Source of the DNA: an uncultured Methanosarcinaceae archaeon
GTDB lineage: Archaea; Halobacteriota; Methanosarcinia; Methanosarcinales; Methanosarcinaceae
DNA length: 64,000 bases
Direction: 5' to 3'
Assembly (NCBI GenBank): GCA_963733675.1
Contig: CAVTET010000003.1
Location: 576,001-640,000 of the forward strand
In this document: positions 57,220 to 64,000 of the stretch, piece after piece
How the letters are laid out: each line of letters starts with the position of its first letter
Position numbering within the stretch: position 1 is the first letter of the stretch
Translations under genes and position numbers: made by a program
Notes under the pieces: model-generated
The model's database searches: none
Told to the model about the DNA's origin: nothing
Seen by the model: only the letters and a program-made list of their open reading frames with translations

Positions 57220-58374
57220 ATGGAAATGAAGTATAAAGTATTCTTTCTATTAATCAGCATGATTTTATTGTCGGGGACTGCACTTGCAACATCTCTGACC
57301 TTGAAATCTGTTTCACAGCCTTATTACATTGATCCACAGCATAATTTATGGCTCAAAGTCAACATGAATGGCAGCACACAACATTTCAATGCGTACAATA
57401 CGCCTGGTTATTCTCCCAATGGAGATATAGTCATGTGGGCATACGATAATTTTAGCTCCGGCAGCTTAAATACATCAAAGTGGACAGCTTACAAAGAAGG
57501 AAGCAATAAGTCAACAGTAGAAATACAAAATGGATATTTGGTGTTGTCAGGCTCTGGTAACACATCTTCTGCGAACGTTGTGCTTAATAAGCCATTTACA
57601 AATGGCATCGAATTGGCAGTAAATGAAACATTAGCAGGGGGTACTAATGATGTTGGCACATTTACTGATGCTTCTTTTGGTGCAGGTACACTCGTAGGTG
57701 GGATAAGGGGAACAGATTGGTGGTACACAAGATTCGCTACAGGTGGGGGCTCATTCCAAAGCCAGGGAATATATAATGCGATGATTTGGGCAAACTCAAA
57801 CAGTTCGGATGTTAGTATGCCCACTCCTGGAATCAGATTAAGTGATTACATAGAAGAGGGTATCCCACATACATTGGCATATAGTTATGATGCTTCTGGT
57901 AATGCAAATATGTACATGCTAAATATAACTCAAAATCGTCTCCCTTTATCTATACCTGATCCATACGGATATAACCAGTTCAATCACCCATCTCAAGATA
58001 CTCTAGGGGCTTGGACTGTGTTTTACATTCAAGCAACTGAGAAAAATGGTGTATGGAAAGTTGGAGAGTTTACAACTCCCCACGCACCACTTATGGCAAT
58101 CAAAAACACACAATATCTTTATACCCCAAAACAGTGGGTGCTATCACAAGGCGATTCACCAAAAAGTCATGGAGTCAAAAGAGAAATCAATGAAGTTTGG
58201 GGATATAAAACAGGTCACACACCAAAAATAAACGCAAAAAATATGGGAACATATACTCAAATTGATGTTAAGCCAACCGATTTACAAAACGTGTCTAATT
58301 ACCAGGTAATGATCCCTGCTAGTATGCTTAACATATCATCAAAGAGCGAGTCTCTGGATGTAGAGCGTGCATAA
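57220..58374 (+). CDS. Secreted beta-rich protein (DUF2341-like motifs)
   Basis: Sec-type signal MEMKYKVFFLLISMILLSGTALA; PYYID..LWLKV..NGDIV..YDNFSSGSLNTSKW; Ser/Thr/Gly/Asn rich. Confidence 0.75.
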   Translation: MEMKYKVFFLLISMILLSGTALATSLTLKSVSQPYYIDPQHNLWLKVNMNGSTQHFNAYNTPGYSPNGDIVMWAYDNFSSGSLNTSKWTAYKEGSNKSTVEIQNGYLVLSGSGNTSSANVVLNKPFTNGIELAVNETLAGGTNDVGTFTDASFGAGTLVGGIRGTDWWYTRFATGGGSFQSQGIYNAMIWANSNSSDVSMPTPGIRLSDYIEEGIPHTLAYSYDASGNANMYMLNITQNRLPLSIPDPYGYNQFNHPSQDTLGAWTVFYIQATEKNGVWKVGEFTTPHAPLMAIKNTQYLYTPKQWVLSQGDSPKSHGVKREINEVWGYKTGHTPKINAKNMGTYTQIDVKPTDLQNVSNYQVMIPASMLNISSKSESLDVERA

Positions 58375-58725
58375 GTGCAAAAATGTTAGGATATTATAAA
58401 ATATCTTATTATAAAATAACCGCATGTTGTGAAGATAATCAGGTATAATGCTGCTGTTAAAGTGTCTGGTTTACCATCATTTTCATCCATTTTTTTCGTT
58501 CCGTGACATGACTATTATTCAGCACTTAATCGAAGATGTATGGTAACTTTTTACAACATGTCATTATTGCCTTTTCGGATAGGTTTTTAGAGAAAAACAA
58601 AAAGTAAAGTTATTTTGGAACGTTATTTATATTGACTAAATTAATCCACTTAAGAGTCGAAGATGTTCCCCCATCTCCAGAAGTCTGTGAGCTTGGAGAT
58701 GAGATGAGTCTGGATATGCTGGTGT

Positions 58726-59067
58726 TTATGTAGCTGGTTTTGTTTCTGGATCTTTTGATGCTGTTTCTGGAAATAGAGTTGCTCCTGCAAGATTTGGACT
58801 TGGATCTGAAGCTTTTGCGGGCTCTGCAGGTGCTGAAGCATTCACTGTGTATGGCATTCCACCGTATGAAGGACAAATCCAATTACCGTTTACCCATACA
58901 CAACCAGTACCATAGCCCCAGTAAGGATGAATTCCCCAGCCCCAAACGCCACCCCAGCGACCGCCGCCATGTGCACTAACTGCCACTGTTGTCACAGATA
59001 ATACAAAAAGTACTGCCAGCAAAATGGTCAGTATCTTTTTTAATCTACTCACTTTTTGTTTCAACAT
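58726..59067 (-). CDS. Small secreted Gly/Trp-rich protein (leader family member 3)
   Basis: Leader MLKQKVSRLKKILTILLAVLFVLSVTTVAVSA; core HGGGRWGGVWGWGIHPYWGYGTGCVWVNGNWICP; Pro/Ala tail. Confidence 0.8.
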   Translation of the reverse strand: MLKQKVSRLKKILTILLAVLFVLSVTTVAVSAHGGGRWGGVWGWGIHPYWGYGTGCVWVNGNWICPSYGGMPYTVNASAPAEPAKASDPSPNLAGATLFPETASKDPETKPAT

Positions 59068-59638
59068 TCAACTCATTCCTTTCTTGTTAGGTTTGATACA
59101 ATCTTAATCTGGCTAGAAAACAATTTGTTGAGATCGGAGGTTTATTTTAACTTTCATATGACTGTATGATAAACTTGTATTTAATATTTTTCTTTTATTT
59201 AATTATATTTTATGCTATTAAAATTAAAAATTGTGTTATTTACTCCAAAAAAAGAATTTAGATATGTTACTGATTGAACAATCATTCGTCCAAATCAATT
59301 AAATTAAAAACTCAAAAATGTTGATATTTTACAGATGCTATGCCAGAAAAAATTTCGGAAAATATTGAGATTATCGATGTCCAGGTTTTTCTTACCTGGC
59401 TATCGAAAATATTTACACTTACAAGCCAACAAAAGTTTGTTAATATCAAGTAGGCAGTGTACTAGAGTTCTGCAAATTTTGAATGGTTATATGCCCTTTA
59501 TTCATTACTTGTTCTTATTCATGGACCTAATTATCATTACAATTTACATTTTGACTCAAAATGCAATGCTTCTCTTGGATCTATGCAAGATGGGAATAAA
59601 GCTAAACTTATGAATAAAATTAAAAATTGTCCGAAAAA

Positions 59639-59666
59639 GTAATATAAAAATATATATATGTAATAC
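59639..59666. promoter_or_regulatory. NikR-type operator enclosing a TATA box
   Basis: GTAATA-N16-TAATAC (NikR paradigm GTATGA-N16-TCATAC) with AAAAATATATATA in the spacer, about 115 bp upstream of nikM. Confidence 0.55.
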
Positions 59667-59782
59667 TTGACAATCTGTTTTCATAAGAATATTCTATCAC
59701 TTACGAAGTTAGACTAATACCCGGTCAGAATAAGAATTTCAGCTTAGAACCATAGGAAATTAGTTAGGGGAAGATAGAATAA

Positions 59783-60508
59783 ATGCACATTCCAGATGGA
59801 TATTTAGGGCCGCACACATATATTGCGTTTTGGATCATCGTGATCCCGATATGGTATTATGCAGGACAAAAACTGAGCACAGAGCTCAAGTCCAAACAGG
59901 TACCACTGCTAGCATTATCAGCTGCGTTCTCATTTGTAATAATGATGTTCAACATCCCTGTTCCAGGTGGCAGCACAGGCCATTCCATCGGCGGTGGAAT
60001 TCTCGCCATAGTCATAGGTCCCTGGGCAGCAATTATAGCTATATCTGTAACTTTGGTATTGCAAGCAATGATTTTTGGTGATGGTGGAATAACAGCCATA
60101 GCCACTAACTGCTTTAATATGGGAGTAGTAGTACCTTTTGTCGCTTAGTATGCCTATAAGCTTATTAGCGGAAATTCAGAGATTACATCTTCTCTAAAAG
60201 TTATTGCTGCGGCTATCGCTGGCTGGATTTCTTTGACCATGGCATCTTTTTGTGCGGGCATTGAATTAGGAATACAGCCAATTTTAGAGCACACAGTTGA
60301 TGGAGTCCCACTTTATATGCCATATACATGGAATGTAACTGTTCCTGCCATGGTACTTGAACACGCTTTGGCATTTAGTATTCTTGAAGCACTGATTACA
60401 GCAATTATTTTTGCCTATATCCTGAGAACAGATACATCTGTATTTTACGGAGAGAAATCTGAAGCTGAAATTAACAGAACAGAAATAATGAATGGAGTCA
60501 CAATCTGA
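59783..60508 (+). CDS. cbiM: NikM/CbiM-family ECF substrate-binding protein with one in-frame TAG (readthrough gene or recent pseudogene)
   Basis: MHIPDGYL, FNIPVPGGSTGH and FGDGGIT; TAG at 60146-60148, after which the same frame continues YAYKLI..GIELGIQP..PLYMPY to TGA 60508. Confidence 0.85.
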
Positions 60509-60517
60509 GGTGAGAAT

Positions 60518-60841
60518 GTGGATAAGATGATAAGAAACTTATCTATTGGCCTGATATTATTGATCATATTTGCGCCTTTATGTCTGCTTGCGGCAGGCAC
60601 TGCATATGGTGAATGGGTACCAGATGAGCTTAAGGACCGTATCGGGTTTGTGCCACATGGGTTGGAAGAGCTCTCTGATTTATGGCATGCACCACTGCAG
60701 GATTATAATATCCCCCCCACTCCTTCTTTTAAGGATTCGAAGCTGGTATCTTCTGCTGGATACGTTTTGTCTGCAATAATCGGTGTAATAGTTAGTGGCG
60801 GTTTTTTATATTTAATTGGAAAGAAGGCAACTAAACACTAA
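60518..60841 (+). CDS. PDGLE-domain (NikN-like) membrane protein
   Basis: Two TM segments around GTAYGEW..GFVPHGLEEL..APLQDY; GAGGTGA RBS; follows nikM. Confidence 0.8.
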   Translation: MDKMIRNLSIGLILLIIFAPLCLLAAGTAYGEWVPDELKDRIGFVPHGLEELSDLWHAPLQDYNIPPTPSFKDSKLVSSAGYVLSAIIGVIVSGGFLYLIGKKATKH

Positions 60842-61558
60842 CAAATTAATCACGTTTAGAATCATGATGATCCAAATTTTAATTTTTTTAGGACGGAACT
60901 TAGATATATTGGGTATAAAAAGGCTCAATTACTTGATTTAATTGTTGGATTTACTGCATGCACGAAAATTGGATATATCATGAATAGAGTAGGCATAATA
61001 TTGTGCCAATTTTAAAAATAGTAGATTGGAAGGATGGAGTGATAAAACCCTTCCATAAAGCATGGTATTTTATTTTAGAAACCTGAAACCTGCAGCTGCC
61101 TAAACTATAGATACGGAATTCCATCACCATAGGTTCGATGGCTAATTTCAGATTGTCTTATTTTCGATATCTTTTGGATAGACATATGAATGTATAAAGA
61201 CTTCATATTTAACATTTTCTTTTGTTTTTTTCATATTTTATATTATTAGGCTTAAAACTAATATTACTCATTTTATTTTAAGTCAACCATTATTTCAATT
61301 TACTTTAGTTTCTGAATTATTATTCCTCACATATTATAAATCAATGTTTAAATATAATCTAATAAGTGGATATTTAATTATACTAGTTATTATATAACGA
61401 AGTATAATTATAAATATACTTACTTCCATTTATTTTTTAAGATAGACTATTTAAAATCGTAACGATTTTTACCAACGATTTGAGATTGGGAATAAATGGA
61501 AAAAATAACAGCCTTATAGAAATAATACAAAGTGAGAACAATTTTGGAGTGTATATAT

Positions 61559-61888
61559 ATGGGGAAACAAAAATTTGACAGAATGAAAAAAACACTTAGC
61601 ATTCTAGTGCTAGTCTTTTTAGTAGTATCAGCGACAGCTGTTGCAACTAGTGCAGCACCACGTAATGGTGGTTGGTCGTGACGGTGGTTTTGGTCATGGT
61701 CACGGTAGTTATGGCGGCTTTGGCGGTGGCTGGGGACCTGGCTGGGGAGGACCTGGGTTCGGATTTTATCCACCTGCTCCCATGGCGATGGCGGAGATAG
61801 TGATGTAGTCTGCGGACCTTATGGCTGCTTCTGGAATGAGGCTACAGCATACATTCCGAAGGCTATCATAGCCGATAACGGTTGGTAA
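61559..61888 (+). pseudogene. Frameshifted small secreted Gly/Trp/His-rich protein (leader family member 4)
   Basis: Leader MGKQKFDRMKKTLSILVLVFLVVSATAVATSA; +1 frame GRDGGFGHGHGSYGGFGGGWGPGWGGPGFGFYPP; returns to the first frame HGDGGDSDVVCGPYGCFW..GW stop. Confidence 0.75.
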
Positions 61889-62220
61889 AAAAAGTGTTTT
61901 TTCGATGACTATAAAGCTTAAGTATTAATATAAATTAAAAACCCTAATATTTGTAAATAAAACTATTGGCTTTTCATTAATTTCAGAGAAGGACAAAATA
62001 ATAAGTGCTGTAGAAAACTCAAATGAAACAGAGCAATACAGATGACCTTAAGGAATGTCATTATTGCCCTGAAAATTAGGTGACCAACTCCTTTTATTAT
62101 CCATGGAGATAACATCTATCAACATGAAATTAACAACAATAAAATATTTATTGTGTAATTAGTGAAAAAATCAACCAGATGCTTATATACTTTTCTGTTC
62201 TGAAGTTTTCTTTCTATGCT

Positions 62221-62318
62221 TGTGGTTTAGTTAATTAGTTTCAAGTGTTCCTGGAGCTCCAAATGTTCTAAAAGTCCCATAAGCTCCAAGAGTCCCAAAA
62301 GCTCCATGAGTCCGAGAT
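62221..62318. repeat. 9-bp-periodic element, copy 2
   Basis: Homologous to 56821-56900 with extra 9-bp units. Confidence 0.7.
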
Positions 62319-62410
62319 CGATAAGGTTTTCTTACTATTGATGGCATTTAGGAAATCCAGAGATTTAATCACAAAAACTGTGCCTATTTCTCATAACAGT
62401 CAAAAATAAG

Positions 62411-62559
62411 GGTTGTGAGGCAAAAATAATATTTATGTAGTTTGATACTGCAATTCTTACCTTTGTGTACTTTTTTTCGGTGGTGAGAATGATTCACTTT
62501 CCTATTTGTGATGTTTTTCACTGGTTTTATTAAATAGCCAGATTTTTTGCAACGGAACC
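62411..62559. mobile_element. 149-bp MITE with IS6-type termini, copy 3 (diverged)
   Basis: GGTTGTGAGGCAAAAATAATATTT...GATTTTTTGCAACGGAACC; colinear with 13755-13903. Confidence 0.8.
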
Positions 62560-62922
62560 CATATTTTTAATTAAAACCAATGCAATACCTGAAAAGCAAA
62601 AAATTTCTATATTCATATCCTTCGTGTTTTACAAATTTAAACGTAGAATCTGAAAAATAGCTATTTTCTCAAAAAGGTTGCTATTCAGACAACTGAAGAA
62701 ACAACTATGCTTTTGATATTAAAAAAATCAATAGTAATCGTATTTCTTTTACTGATTTCTATTATCTTGGCATTATCAGATTAACTTCTTTTTCCATGCT
62801 ATATTTTGTTTTAAGAACGCTGCAAACACGAGATTCAGACATCCAAAGAGTTAAATAATATTAATAAAATAAAAAATTTTGGAAATACTACACTATTAAT
62901 AATTGACAAGGTGTGAAATTAC

Positions 62923-63055
62923 ATGAGTAAAGCAAAAAAGACACTTGTTATTCTACTGGTAGTTGGTTTTTTTACTATCAGTGACATCTGCAACAGCAAT
63001 CGCAAAAGGTGCAAAAGGCATTGGCGTAGCGATCAAGTTCGTCACGAAAGAGTAA
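62923..63055 (+). pseudogene. Leader family member 5, frameshifted in a T7 run
   Basis: With one T removed from 62967-62973 it reads MSKAKKTLVILLVVGFLLSVTSATAIAKGAKGIGVAIKFVTKE stop; GGTG RBS. Confidence 0.6.
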
Positions 63056-63088
63056 GGAAACATGTTCTGGTTTAAAGGAGGCTTTTTG

Positions 63089-63757
63089 ATGCCAAAAATA
63101 TTTATTCTTGCTCCTGCAACGCCCCACGCTTGCAGCATTGCAAACGCAAGCGCCAAAACATTGCCCGACATAGTGTACGACACGTCTTTGGTACAAAGTG
63201 TTGGAACCGCATTTTTCTCGCAAACCAGCATCGTCCTGGCTGGAGGTTGTTTTTGGGGTATCCAAGCCGTGTTCCAGCATGTCAAAGGTGTGATTGACGC
63301 TGTATCTGGCTATGCAGGAGGGGCAGCGGATACGGCACATTACGAAAGCGTTGGCACCGGCAAAACAGGTCATGCAGAGTCGGTACAAGTGACGTATAAC
63401 CCTGCGCAAATAACACTCGGGCAAATACTGAAAGTGTTTTTCTCGGTCGCTCATGATCCCACTGAGCTTAACCGACAGGGTCACGACCACGGAACACAAT
63501 ATCGCTCAGCGATATTCTATTCGACTCAGGAACAGAAAGAAGTTGCTGAAGCTTATATTGACCAATTGCAACAAGCAAAAATATTTAAGGCTCCAATTGT
63601 AACCAGGTTGGAGCCTTTAAAGGCTTTCTACCCAGCTGAGGATTATCACCAAAACTATGCAAGGTTTCACCTGTCTGATCCCTACATTGCGATCAACGAT
63701 ATGCCGAAATTGAAAGCACTTGAGAAAGAGTTTCCCAATCTTTACATAAAACAATGA
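63089..63757 (+). CDS. msrA: Peptide-methionine (S)-S-oxide reductase
   Basis: AGGCFWG, SGYAGG, TGHAESV, HDPT..NRQG.D.GTQYRSAIF and FYPAEDYHQ; AAGGAGG RBS before ATG 63089. Confidence 0.95.
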   Translation: MPKIFILAPATPHACSIANASAKTLPDIVYDTSLVQSVGTAFFSQTSIVLAGGCFWGIQAVFQHVKGVIDAVSGYAGGAADTAHYESVGTGKTGHAESVQVTYNPAQITLGQILKVFFSVAHDPTELNRQGHDHGTQYRSAIFYSTQEQKEVAEAYIDQLQQAKIFKAPIVTRLEPLKAFYPAEDYHQNYARFHLSDPYIAINDMPKLKALEKEFPNLYIKQ

Positions 63758-64000
63758 GTATGTTCAATGTTGTGCGAGCTTTCGTCGAAGGAGTCGGGTT
63801 GATCCTGACGTCTTGCACTTGCCGATTTTGCGATCATTCTGGCACGAAGTTAAAAGTCCAATGAAATTTATGACCTTATCAAAACTTGTAGTTATGTACC
63901 TTACATAGAATTATCTAGCAGGTATAATCAGATGAATGGACTATGCAGGGGCCTGATGTCCCTGATTATGATTTTGAAACTAAATATGAATTCAGTTGTG

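Noticed and set aside
61447-61773. Minus-strand 108-aa ORF
   Set aside because: Antisense shadow of the Gly-rich leader-family pseudogene.

Overview
Archaeal chromosome segment, almost certainly Methanosarcina (Methanosarcinaceae-type purA, purM, lysC, dapL, hisH, gpmI, aTrm56, AMP phosphorylase, RecJ-like DHH nuclease, acetate channel, cbiMNQO, tRNA-His). Intact housekeeping genes sit among long AT-rich spacers full of decay products. These include IS5, IS6, IS66, ISH3-like, ISNCY-like and IS110 remnants (two nested insertions), two families of miniature inverted-repeat elements (149 bp with IS6 ends, about 88 bp with IS5-like ends), a 200-bp tetranucleotide microsatellite, and pseudogenes of N-ATPase atpD, ppk2, tbp, an M14 carboxypeptidase and a histidine kinase. 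The most unusual part is the right-hand accessory region (50-63 kb). At least five small genes there share one conserved export leader but carry unrelated low-complexity cores (poly-His, Gly/Trp/Cys-rich, Asn-Pro repeat). They surround a nikM/cbiM-type metal transporter gene with a NikR-type operator and a single in-frame amber codon. An amber-terminated purA also reads in frame into a further 106 open codons, which matters in a genus that decodes UAG as pyrrolysine. All family assignments come from motif recognition by eye; no searches were run.
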